A stretch of 64,000 nucleotides of DNA from Octopus sinensis. Lineage: Eukaryota. Location: assembly GCF_006345805.1 (NCBI RefSeq), contig NC_043006.1, positions 44,020,001 to 44,084,000 on the forward strand, written 5' to 3'. Below, in pieces: positions 13,647 through 25,199 of the stretch (positions are counted from its first letter, which is position 1; the number at the start of each line of letters is the position of its first letter). The notes below the pieces were generated by a model. That model saw only the letters and a list, made by a program, of their open reading frames with translations, searched no databases and was not told the origin of the DNA. The position numbers and the translations under genes were made by a program.

Positions 13647-13748
13647 AGATTCGCAGTTGCAACATGGAAAGTACAGAACTTCCTGAGATTACGCAGAGAT
13701 AAAGGCACACAAGGTAGGCTACATCTGTAGGTGGGGAGCAAATGATAC
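13647..13748 (-). CDS. Candidate 102-nt symmetric exon
   Basis: Very long T-rich acceptor (ttttgttttgttgttttgttttag) and donor gtaagc. Open in phase 2 (YHLLPTYRCSLPCVPLSLRNLRKFCTFHVATAN) and phase 1. No recognisable homology, and the acceptor derives from a (TTTTG)n microsatellite, so it may be fortuitous. Confidence 0.25.
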
Positions 13749-14230
13749 CTAAAACAAAACAACAAAACAAAACAAAACAAAACAAAAAAAAAAGAAAAAA
13801 AATCTTAAATTTGTCTTTCAAGAAATTTCCTCCATCAGAGACAACAAAAGCAACACCACACATGTTAACAGCGACCCATATGGGCTGAAAACGAAAAAAT
13901 GAATACATTTACCAGCTTTTCATGTGCACTACAGCACACTTTTGCAGCAGTACATATAAGAATTACATATAAGACCTCTCCCTAGTTTAATTTATTAGTA
14001 GAATAAGATAATGCTTGGAAGGAACTTTAGTAGTCAGTTAGTATTCCTAAAACTGTTCAAATGTTTATAATTATGTTAACATCTTACTATTTATGTTGCA
14101 TACCTCAAAAGCATTAGCATTAGGAGAATTTAAACTTATTTAAACTTAGAGTTCTATATTTGAGAGATGATGAATTATGTACAGTATTTACATTATTTAC
14201 ATTTGACAGATATTTGTCCTCATCTGTTGT

Positions 14231-14275
14231 TAAAACGTTTCGGCTGATGTACTCTCCAGCCTTCGTCAGGTGTCC
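14231..14275 (-). ncRNA. Degenerate minimal hammerhead motif (Penelope-type)
   Basis: GGACAC CUGACGA A GGCUG-GAGAGUACAU-CAGCC GAAAC GUU UUAAC. Core and stem II are intact; the 3' strand of stem I is lost by a small deletion. Confidence 0.5.
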
Positions 14276-14305
14276 TGGGGGAATTTGAACCTGGATTCTC
14301 ATTCC

Positions 14306-14344
<39 letters not shown>

Positions 14345-14393
14345 CATCATAAAAATACCTTAGGAATGAGAACCCAGGTTTGAAATTTCCCCA

Positions 14394-14440
14394 AGACACC
14401 TGCTGAAGGCTGGAGGGTATATCAGTCGAAACATTGTGTT
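14394..14440 (+). ncRNA. Degenerate minimal hammerhead motif (Penelope-type)
   Basis: AGACAC CUGCUGA A GGCUG-GAGGGUAUAU-CAGUC GAAAC AUU GUGUU. Stems I and II are intact, with core lesions A6C and G16.2A. Confidence 0.5.
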
Positions 14441-14749
14441 AACAACAGACAAGATGAGGACAAATATGCATCTAATGTAAATAATGTTATTTAAACTTAT
14501 TTTAAACTTTTTACATGCACCCAATCATGAACTGATTTTTATTTTTTAGCATTAATTCACCAAAACTGCTCTCTGTATAGAGAAAGCCTCAAACACCAGG
14601 GCATGTCTTCCAGAAAGAACCCTGACATAATAACTGTGCCGTATTGCTGTACTTGTACTTTAATGGCTTCACTACTTTGCTAAAATGGTTTGGCTTAGAT
14701 TCCTGTGAGTCAGATTCAGTAGGAAGATCTGTAGCAGTGGCATTAACTC

Positions 14750-15215
14750 ATATCTGAGTAATAGGACTGTAGCCAGTGATTGAGCCTCTTCATCTTGATG
14801 TGTATAAAGGATGCCAGTGCCTGAGATGGCTGTTCAAGCCAATGGTGATATACAAGAGCCAGGAGAGGACATTTATTGCAGGGCATAGTTGGTGAGAGAT
14901 GAAGTATGAGTCACTCATTGCATCTTCAACATTTGATCTCTGCCTCTTAACACTGTTATTTTTCCATCAGGTCTGTTCCCTCGACGTTGCCATGCTGCCA
15001 CCTTGGGCAGTCTTTGATGACTGTCTCCCAGATATTTGGATCAATGGAGCAGCAGAAGAAAGTGGCCTTGAGGTGGTCTTGTAAACAAAATTCGGGGGCT
15101 CCACGTGGTCTGGTACTCCAGGCCAACTCTCTAAAGAAAGAGTTGACGGGAGAAGGCATACTTGAGGCATGCGTATGATGTGTCCCGACCAGCGGGGACA
15201 GTGTTGTGTGTGAAA
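14750..15215 (-). mobile_element. Degenerate RTE-clade LINE 3' fragment
   Basis: Frameshifted pieces RWSGHIIRMP / FFRELAWSTRPRGAP / YK.HLKA..IDPNIWET...PRW and a C-terminal IGLNSHLRH zinc-knuckle remnant, typical of RTE/BovB-like ORF ends. Confidence 0.8.
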
Positions 15216-15898
15216 GAACACTGACAAAACCATGTTGTATTGTTGTCATACAGCACTTGTACTTTAATGGCTTGACTTCTTCGCTAAAATGGTTCAGCTT
15301 AAATTCATTCCTATGAGTCAGATTCAGTAGGAAGATGCAATCATAACAATTTTGCTGGTAAAGTAAGTTTTAAACTCCTAGCATCAAAACAAATAACAAG
15401 TTCTGCCAGTCAATTATATGTCCATAATTTATCAGTTAATCCTTGCTTGTAAAAAAGATTAATCTTCAGAAATACTATTAGAAATTAATGTACAAGAGGA
15501 AGGACTTGATCGATAAAAGTTGGCAGTGATAATCAGCTTCTGTATGAAATTATATGTTTTTTTAATAACTCTTTAGGCCAGCAGATTTCTGATTGAGAGT
15601 AATATATTATGGTGTCCCAACTGGGTAATATACACACAGAGAGGTAACTGAAGCCTGCATATGAAGTCATAAATTAACCAAAAATAAACAGATCTAGTAA
15701 GCAAACCTCTTCCAAGACAAACTGCAGAAGCTAACGCTTATGATGACTATATCAGTTCAGATTTGTGAATCTGTAAATATGCTAAATAGTCATCTTGTGT
15801 TTCAACATCCATTATTTTTCAGATGAAGCACATAAATGATAGTTATTACTGTACAATAAAACAAAGTATTGTTAATTTGGTCTCTCGCTTCGACTTAC

Positions 15899-15951
15899 TC
15901 ATCTACAGAATGCTAGTAACGTCGTCTTTTTCTTTTTCTTTTTTAAATGTG
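15899..15951 (-). CDS. Candidate stop-containing cassette exon (phase 2: (R)TFKKEKEKDDVTSIL*)
   Basis: Acceptor gttgctttgcag and donor gtaagt flank 53 nt. TAG lies 4 nt before the donor in the phase set by the 17721 exon. No transcript evidence. Confidence 0.3.
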
Positions 15952-16800
15952 CTGCAAAGCAACTTTGATATGCAATTGTGTCTGCAAATCTGATTTGAAA
16001 AAAATTGCTATATTCACAATAAATCATTGGCCATTCTTCTATTGATTTGCACAGAAATAGAAAAAGGAAGAGAAAGAAACGAATAGAAAAGAAACTAACA
16101 TGACATATACTATGTTACAGACACTGGCATCTTTTTGTAGTAGTAAAGTTAAGAAAACTGTCAGGATAGAATTACATAGTTTTATTTTTGTTTGTTTTTA
16201 GTTTGTTTTTTTTTTGCTTTTTTTTTTCATGTGGATTTTATGACCACCAGTTAAGAGTAAGAGCCAATCAGAAAGAGAGAGAGAGAGAGAAAGAGAGAGC
16301 ATACAATGACGTGAATTAAAAAATCATATGTTACTTATAAAGAGATATAGCTGCTAAGTGACAGTCTTAGTGCTGCTGTAGTAGCAATAACGCACTGCTA
16401 GTGCATACAAAATGGTCCCAGTAACAGCGACACTCGCATTAGCTTAACAAATGTCCCAGGCATCAGGTTGGTCATACAAAGCTGACATTCCAATGCAATT
16501 CTCAAGACAATGGCAAAGATAAAACATGCGGAAAACTGAAGTGTTGGAAGAATGAAAATAGATTGTTCTTAGAGAAATTGATAGGAAACATTTTGCCTGG
16601 GGAAAGAGAAGATTGGTCAGGGAAAGATAAAAAGAATGCAATTTGTTTAATACAACAGACTAAAAGTTCAAGATGGAAAATGTCTGGAAGCACAGAATGG
16701 TGGCGTGCTGAGAAAACTTCATCCCAAAACTCATGCAACTTAAATAAAATTTAGCTGTATGTGGAAGGAAGGAGTAGGTATATCAGATTTTGTGTATGCA

Positions 16801-16837
<37 letters not shown>

Positions 16838-17720
16838 GGGGGTAGGGAGGGAGAGAAGCATCAGATAAAGCAACATTTTATGATTGACTCCATATCTGTT
16901 TGTTCTTTGTTATATGTAGGAGAGCTCTAGGAAAGATTTTAATGAGTTATGACAATAAGTAGTCTTAGATATTTGTTGTTTTGAGTCATTAAGAACTTTC
17001 CAAAAGATTAATTGATTTTGGGGAGGAAGAGAGGGAAGGGAAGTGGGGATCATATCAGAAAAATATTCTTTTGATATTCACTAAAATTGCATATTCTCTA
17101 CATGCTAAAAGCCAGACAATCTCAATAGCTGAGATCTAGTTTCAAGAACAATTTGCAGTGCCACTTGTACTAAGAGAAAGAGAATTGTAAAACTATTCAG
17201 AAGTAACTAAACATTATTCTAATGTTGTAAGAATTCTATTGTAATCTATTCTCCACTATACTGTTACTCTAAGCAGAAATAAACTTTGTGTCTTTAGAAT
17301 AATTTTGTTTAGAAACTAAATTCTTGAATGCGAACATTATAATTATAAACATTTAAAAGTAAAACAATTAGTGTTTATGATTTGAAGAAGTAGAACAAAT
17401 CTACCTCCTTCATTTCATTCATTAATTCAGTCATATATTTATTTATTTATTTATTACATAAACAGTTGTAGTAGAAGCAGAGGTTACCAAGGTCAGACAG
17501 AACAGAAGAAAATCTCAGTTTTATGAGGTGAAAAAGAAAAAAAACAAGAGAGAAGCAGTGGGTGATAAAACAAGTACTGTGTTAAATAAGCAGCTAGCTA
17601 TGAATGATATTTAGGAACCAGAAAATCCCCAAATCAGGATAGTATGAAGGATCAGCAGCCTAAAGTTTGAAAAAGGAAGGTATGCAAGTTTGGGAAGACA
17701 CAAATCGACAAGACTCTTAC

Positions 17721-17780
17721 CGATTCGGATGGTTGGCAGAGAAATCGGTTGATCTCATATCACTAGGACCTGCTTGAGGT
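17721..17780 (-). CDS. Probable downstream coding exon of the same msn/TNIK-like gene
   Basis: Acceptor ttttattatttccag and donor gtaaga flank 60 nt, phase 2-2, open: (L)PQAGPSDMRSTDFSANHPN(R). Joining to the 63075 exon gives ..PARPL|PQAG.. in frame; the other two frames contain stops. Confidence 0.6.
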
Positions 17781-18496
17781 CTGGAAATAATAAAATGTGC
17801 ACATGTAACATATCGTATTCCTGGGACTTGCTTGAAGCAAAATAAACCAAGGGGGGTGGGAGAATAAATTAAAACTCAGAGAAAATTCTGAAAAATTAAA
17901 TTTCAAAATCAAAACTGAAAATCAAAAGGTGTAAATTAAAACTGAAAATAAAATAAAATAAATAAATAAATAAATATAAACAAATAATTAAAAGAATTGA
18001 AAATACAGAGTTTAGTACAAACTAAAGAGAAAGTAGGGTGTCCTCACTAATTTTGTGCACTCTGTAAATAACCAACTTTTATTAATGAGAAAGTCGAGGG
18101 GAACTATGGTTTAGTTATGTGTATGTATTTTAAATATATCATCAGCAGCAGCATCCATTTTTCCATGCAAGAACTTACTTTGTCTCAACTGTCTTTTGGT
18201 GTACTTTTGTAGTCAGTACATTCCAACCCCAACCTCTCTCACATTTTCACCAGCAATCATCCATTTCCATTACATTTTGAGCTCCAAGCTTGCTTATTTA
18301 AGAAACAATTCCGTATTCATACTCACCGCTTTACAAGTTCTTTCTAAGGGAAGAGTAAACTTGTCATTAAGTTCACATCTTTCACAAAAAAAAAAAAAAA
18401 GGATTAGCTTAAAATAGATTGAAAGTCAGATCACTAATGCTTCTCAATAGGGTATTAGAGAAAGGTGAAAAGCATGAAGAAAGTGATGACACTTAC

Positions 18497-18543
18497 CTGC
18501 CAAACCAGGCTTAACAGCTGCCTTAGTCTTATCTCTATTATTT
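18497..18543 (-). CDS. Candidate 47-nt exon (phase 2 to 1: NNRDKTKAAVKPGLA)
   Basis: ttgtag acceptor and a perfect CAG|gtaagt donor. Not frame-compatible with the 17780 exon, so it could only be an alternative exon. Confidence 0.2.
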
Positions 18544-18784
18544 CTACAACTAAACAATAAATGAGGTGAGCAGGTCATTGAATGTTGTGACAATGATGTC
18601 AACCACAGAAGATGGTTGCTGCTCCACCTCAAAAAGAGAAAAGAAGCTCGAGAGATCATAGCGTAATAACTGCATTTTTCTGAATTTTGTTTGAAAGGTT
18701 CTAGATGTGAACTTTTGCATGGAAACAGATTTTGTAGTATCATGTGAAGGCCATTATGCCAATATCAAACACATTTTCACTTAT

Positions 18785-19260
18785 TATTATCATTATTCTA
18801 TGTTTGACTTTTGCTTTACATTTGTACAAGTTGGCTCCAAGTCTCACCCAGAGACCTCAAGAGACAACAAGTTGGAAGTTCATGTTCGTGTTATGCCTAG
18901 GGTGCCATATATTTGGTTTTGTACTTAGTGTTGTACTAGTAAATGTTTAAGAAACCATAAGAAAATTATGTTTGTTTTAAAACTTTAAATTACATAGAAA
19001 GTATTTTGCGTAGGATATGAGCAGTTTCCATGAGCACTATCTTTTGAATTTCTGCCATTTTGGGGTTTCCTGGTATCTGGGCTAGGTAGCAATCAGCTCC
19101 TTTTGCTATCATTCCCAGGGCCCCTATGACAACAGGTATTGTTTTAGTCTTCAGGTTCCACATTTTGCTAATTTCTGTTTCAAGATCTTTATATTTGCTC
19201 AGTGTTTGGTAGGTCTTGACAGATACATTTATATCGATTGGGACAGTCATATCAATGAGG
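18785..19260 (-). mobile_element. 5'-truncated R4/Dong-type non-LTR retrotransposon: RLE endonuclease C-terminus, 3'UTR and (TAA)n tail
   Basis: Open frame LIDMTVPIDINVSVKTYQTLSKYKDLETEISKMWNLKTKTIPVVIGALG...ILRKILSM* (stop at 18990) has the D...K..KY.DL and PVVIGALG signature of RLE-clade LINEs. A ~200-nt 3'UTR ends in an aataatgataataat tail near 18785. Confidence 0.85.
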
Positions 19261-19418
19261 AGGAGGAGGAGGAGGAGGCAGCGGCGGCAGCGGCGTCATC
19301 ATCGTCATCATCATCATCAGTCAATTAATTAACCATTTAGCCAGTTAACTCATTGACTGTTTGATTAATCATTCAGTCAATCGATCAATCAGCAGGTCTG
19401 TTTCAGATTTGTCTAGAC

Positions 19419-19657
19419 TAGTGGTTTTCAACTGGGGTCCCATATGACCTCTGGGGTTCCACATTAAAATTTATGTGCAATAAATTGTTTATATCTCTAC
19501 AATGTACAAAATATTTTAACACTTATTAAATACAATTTCTAATAATATTTAATTATAAAAATACATTTTTTGAAACATAGAATAGCTATGGGGAGGTTCA
19601 ACTGAGTGAAATAGGAATCAAAGGGGCCTAGAGGTAAAAAATGGTTGAGAACCACTG
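19419..19657. mobile_element. hAT (Charlie-like) MITE
   Basis: TIRs (c/t)agtggtt(c/t)tcaac; 8-bp TSD gtctagac (19411-19418) / gtctaggc (19658-19665), matching the NTCTAGAN preference. Confidence 0.8.
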
Positions 19658-20723
19658 GTCTAGGCAGACTTGAAACAAACCTAGATTAGAGAGAACATGT
19701 CATTGATGAGATTGCAAATGATAATGAAATGACTTTCACAAACCGAGCCAATTGATTGACCAAACATTTAATCAATGTCAATTAGTTAAATGCTTAAAAG
19801 TTAATGAAATGACTAATTATAAAATAAAGAAGTGAAATAGAATGAGGGCATGTGTTCATTATTGACATAATGACCGTCCCAAGATACAACAAAAAAAATA
19901 GTAATTGCTCCAACAAATGCAAATGTTGATCCTATTTGTCCCAATCACTTTTGATTGAAATCAAGTAGAGTGGTGATGGTGATTGTGAGACCTACTACCA
20001 TAATTTGCCAAACCAGATTCTCACTGTGTTTCTGAATCTTTTGGAGATTAGCCCCCTTTATAATACCTATAACACTTCCGTTGTAAACTACCTACGATCA
20101 TTTAAGATTCATGGTCACAGACTACACATACACACAAGCACACACATTTCTGGCCAGAGCTGGGAGGGACAAACTCATCAGAGCTCATCTTACCAGGACA
20201 ACATTATAACATACGTTATGCTTTCCTATCTTCTAAACATTCTTAGACATCACACCTACACAAAGAACAATTACTTATGTTCATACATGTAACTCACAGA
20301 AGGTAGTCAATACATTTAATCTGATACAGAATATACATACCCATTCTACACACATAAATTAAGTTTACCAGTTCTTTAATAATACTCCAATAATTTACAA
20401 TGCAGTGAATATGATGGTATCACCATATTCTTAAGCGTATGGCGTTTTTGCTGCATCAGTTTGCATGCAAATAGGTTATGTTATGTAGATATGTAGGCAA
20501 ACTTGAAGAAGAAATATGAATTATCAAGCTATCACCCATTAAATTTCAGACTGCTCACAACCACTACAGCTTCCACAAATAACAGGTTTCTCCTCATCTT
20601 TTCAGTTGAACTTCACATTTAAAATAATAAAGCAGTAAGTCAACACATCATTACCTGTGACTTTTATTTCTGTATGAATGAATATGAGTGAGCAGAGAGA
20701 GAGAGAGAGAGAGAGTGTGTGTG

Positions 20724-20775
<52 letters not shown>

Positions 20776-20842
20776 CAAGCAACATTTATTTTTCACTTAT
20801 TTTCATTTACTTTAAGGTTGTTTTGTTTGCGATCTCTCCCTT

Positions 20843-20880
<38 letters not shown>

Positions 20881-21385
20881 TTTACTGTCGGCTATAAAGA
20901 GATTCTCATCAAATGCTAACCCTACAGTCTATTATTATATTGATTCTATCTCCGACTGAATACAGTTTATACACTGAATTTGATTGTTTGGCTTTTTAAT
21001 ATACAAAACCAGGGTGGGTGCAGGCCCAATCATTTGTAGGCTTTTTCTTCAATAACACAGCAAAAGAAATGCAACAGAAATATTCAAACACACACACACA
21101 CACACACACACGAATACATACAAGCACATACTTGTAGATAGGAAATAGCAACAAACATAGCATAGTAAATGCTAAGACAGAGTGAACTGCTGAGGAATGC
21201 AGTTCAAATCTTAAAGTTCAAAGTATTTTATCTGAAATTCAGTTACCGAATGCTAGGTTACACTCTCCGTTCCTCTACCACACAATTCCTCTCTGGGGTC
21301 TTTTAAAAATATTTAAAACCACTACATCTAACAAATTTAATACATAACCACACACACATGCATGCATGTATGTATGTATATTATG

Positions 21386-21426
<41 letters not shown>

Positions 21427-23315
21427 TGGGAGGGAGAAGCAGAGAGCAAAGGTTACAGTTTAGAAAGTAATTTTACAATATTTGTATAAACACTGATAGA
21501 CAGAGTGAGCAGTAGTGAAAAGGTCAGCAAAACGATGCAACTCCTTTCAGTTGTCGTAGTTGCTTTTTCTGCTGTTTTTTGTTTTGTTTTGTTTTGTTTT
21601 TGTTTTTTAGAGCAAAAATTTTTTGATATCTAAATAGTGTTCAGAGTATTGCTGTCTCTTGAGGTGGAATACTGCCACAGACTGATAGCATTATCTTGAT
21701 TAAAGACTGAGACATACATGCACACACACACACACACATACATACATACACACACACACATACATACATACATACATACATACATACATACACAAACACG
21801 CACGCACTACATACTAAGTGTATAAGAGTTGGTATGCATGTATATTTTGAATGTATTTGTATGTGTATGTGTGTGGAGCTAGAAAGATCAGAAGGAGAAT
21901 ATATAGTGGGTATGTGGGAAAGAGAGGGAAGGAAATGCATAAAGGGAGAGAAAGAGGGGTAGAGAGAGAGAGAGAGAGTAAGTAATGTGTGGATGATGTA
22001 AGAAACAGAGAGGTGTACAAGGTGGGAGGGAGAGTGTGTGTGTGTGTGTGTGTAAATGTGGATGATGTAGTATGAAAAGCAAGTGAGTGCAAAAACATAA
22101 AGAGGAAGACGCAACAAGAGGCTATCAGAGAAGTGATAGAAGAGAACCGTAGAAGTGTGTGTGTGTGTGTGTGTAATTGACAAAAAAAAAGAGAGAGAGA
22201 GACTGTTTTGAGATGTGATTGAGAAAGAAAAAAAAAAAAGAAGGGTGGGTGAGATGGAGGACATAGATAGGGAAATGAGAAAGATTGAGAAATAGACAAA
22301 AAAGAGAAGAATCTTCACAAATGTCTTCATAGAACCCATTTCAAAATAGAAAAAAAAAAAAATGTGTCAAAATAAAACAAAAAATACAGAAAAAAAAACC
22401 TACAAGTAATTCCAAAATTACAGTGCACATGTCTTCAGGTTTGGCAAAAACAAAAAAAAAGAAAGAAAAAGAAACTTTTCGAGTGTCAACTTGTACACTT
22501 GATGCATTTATTATTAAATAGAAAAAAGCAATGATAATATTGTACGAGCAATCACTGATAAGATGCAAAGAGGGGGTGTGTGGGGTAGGAAGGCAGGGAA
22601 GGCGAAAAGGAATCAAACAAGGGATAAGCCATGGTCAGAGTACACTTGCAGTTTTTTTTTTTTTCTTTTTTTGTGGCCCCAGTTTTAATTCGCAGCATTC
22701 GTGTTGCAGGGTCTGAAGTGGTGTGGGCGGTGGTCTGTTTCAATTACAGCTTTGCTACCCAAAGTCTTTGAAGAAAGACATGAAACTCATAGATAACCAA
22801 AATTCTGAGATGGTATCTGTCTAAGAAATGTTTTGTGTATAACTAATTTACATCTAAGAATTCATGAAATGGACAGCAATAAATAAGAAGAGAGTCCAAC
22901 CCATGCCAGCATGGAAAACATGACAATGATGGTGAGTAATTAGAACTAATGAGGAGTACTACAAATTTCCTATTAACATCATGTTAATTATCAACCAAAT
23001 TTCAGTTAAACTTACAATTTACAGGCTTAGTTACTCACCCTGAGTCAACAGCTCTTTCCCTTATATTATATAAAGTTATTCCTCTGAATCCCAGTGAGGC
23101 ATAGAATTTATGCCTCAGGCACCATAGCATTAAATGTACACAAAGCAAATCAACCTCACACCCCAGACTAGTTTATGGTGAGTGACTTTCTCTAAACAGC
23201 TTGCTCCCTATTTCAAATAACCTGGGTCTTCTCTAGAAATTGTACAAAACACTTTGACCAGATCTGAACTTGATACTCGAAGGAAAAACAATCCAGCTTC
23301 TTGCTCACTTGAGCA

Positions 23316-23378
<63 letters not shown>

Positions 23379-23380
23379 AC

Positions 23381-23411
<31 letters not shown>

Positions 23412-23552
23412 GATAAGGTATGGATTTCAGCTTTGCACATGAAAGCACCATCACCCAATAGCAATTTGTATTTCTCAATGACTTTGAGGGACTTCTTCAC
23501 ATCTTTTCATAAACATGCTTTTGTCACATTTACCATTAGTTATATCATCATG

Positions 23553-23830
23553 AAGGCACGTGGCTCGGTGGTTAGAGTAGTGGGCTTACAATCATGAAGT
23601 TTTGGGCTTGATTCCCAGACCAGCCTGTGTTGTGTTCTTGAGCAAGACACTTTACTTCACATTGCTTTGCTCCAATTCACTCAGCTGTCACAGGTGCCAA
23701 GCCGTATTGGCCTTTGCCTTTCCCTTTGGACAACACCAGTGGTATGGAGATGGGAGACTAGTATCCATGGGCAAATAGTCTTCCACAAACAACAATGCCT
23801 GAACTTGTGCCACGGGAGGAAGTCCTGAAT
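23553..23830 (+). mobile_element. tRNA-headed SINE family C
   Basis: ggcacgtggctcggtggttagag (A box)..gggcttgattccc (B box)..ttgagcaagacactt; a second, degenerate copy at about 8524-8810. Confidence 0.7.
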
Positions 23831-24278
23831 GCAATGCCATGGTAATTTGTGCCCGAAGGATGTCTTTACTTTACATCATTGTACTCTAAATATGGTAAAT
23901 GATGCTGCTCCAATCTTTTGGATATGTGTCTGCTTAGAAGAGCAGCATCTTGTGAAGAAAAACAACTTAGACACTAAAAATCCATGTCACTCAAGAGAAC
24001 TTCAATATTGGTGACACCACTTCTTCATGAAATTTTAAAACATTGATGAAAGCAGCTGAAAAAGTCAAAGTGATGACATTAAGTCACTTAGGACTAAGGC
24101 CTGGGGATTTGCAGAACTGACAGCATAATACAGAGCTGCCTTTTTAATGTTGAGTTGGTTGCTGTTTTTTTTTTTTGTTTGTGTTTGATACTTTTCTTTC
24201 TTTTTTTTTTTAGCTTATTTGCATTCAGCTTCTTTTGATTAGTGCTTTCCTAAGAGGTGCCAAAGAAAATTATTCACC

Positions 24279-24299
<21 letters not shown>

Positions 24300-24343
<44 letters not shown>

Positions 24344-24416
24344 GATATATAGATATATATAGATATATATAGATAGATATATATATATATATATATATAT
24401 ATAGATAGATAGATAA

Positions 24417-24459
<43 letters not shown>

Positions 24460-24460
24460 T

Positions 24461-24524
<64 letters not shown>

Positions 24525-24525
24525 T
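24300..24525. repeat. (TC)n-(TA)n-(GATA)n compound microsatellite
   Basis: Directly visible. Confidence 0.95.
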
Positions 24526-24699
24526 TAATACTTAACTGGACTCACATCTCTTTCTTATAAGGATAAATAGGAATCTCCTAAATTCTATTCTTCTGCTAAT
24601 ACCTTTCTCAAGTTCATTGTAAAATTTTGTGTATACTTCCTCCACTGAAGAGTACATTGATATATAATTAATAAATTAATTTAATTCAATTCAATTCAA

Positions 24700-25142
24700 T
24701 CATGAATTTGCGTTAGTTTTATATATCTGTACGAAACGATCGTCTGCAGGAATTAAAATTCTCTTATATACTTTTAACAACTTGTCTTCTCCGTTTTTAA
24801 CTAAATTGTTGAGTTTTCTGGGATTTCTTTCCATAAATTCACAACATATCATATACAAGTATTATTTTCATATTCGCAAATTTCCACCCATAAACTACCA
24901 GCAAAATATGAAGAATCAACATTAGAAATCTTTTTCAGAAACCTCCAAATTAAAGGACGAATCTACACCTATATATACTTTACTTTATTTAAAGTAGCAG
25001 AAAATTCAACAAAACCTGTTACTTTGAGTTTCACGTTTCCGTTCGTCGGACAGCTTTTGCTTTAAATAAAGCATATTACTCTACCACTGGTATTTGAGTA
25101 CTCTTTTTTCCACCTTGTTTCACATTTATGAGTTTACTCCGG
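24700..25142 (-). mobile_element. Probable Penelope-like element remnant carrying a hammerhead at 25016-25053
   Basis: CpG-richer than its flanks, ends in a (TA)n run at 25143, and contains a complete type I hammerhead fold on the minus strand. Boundaries are approximate. Confidence 0.5.
25016..25053 (-). ncRNA. Type I hammerhead ribozyme motif (core variant CCGACGA)
   Basis: CUGU CCGACGA ACG-GAAA-CGU GAAA CU-CAA-AGU A ACAG. Stem I CUGU/ACAG (extendable by GCAAAA/UUUUGU), stem II with GAAA tetraloop, stem III ACU/AGU, GUA cleavage triplet. One core deviation (U4C). Confidence 0.65.
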
Positions 25143-25144
25143 TA

Positions 25145-25199
<55 letters not shown>

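Larger units (their letters stand above)
14148..14488. mobile_element. Penelope-like terminal repeat present as an inverted pair around (TAA)n; each arm has a hammerhead motif
   Basis: 14185-14307 is the reverse complement of about 14361-14488 with scattered mismatches. CTGACGA..GAAACGTT on minus (14231-14275) and CTGCTGA..GAAACATT on plus (14394-14440). Flanked by a ~20-bp direct repeat atttaaacttattt(t)aaactt (14128-14147, 14489-14509). Confidence 0.7.

Noticed and set aside
23553-23640. tRNA gene call for SINE heads (also 7135, 29991, 37535)
   Set aside because: A/B boxes are present, but they continue into multicopy SINE bodies with no complete cloverleaf.
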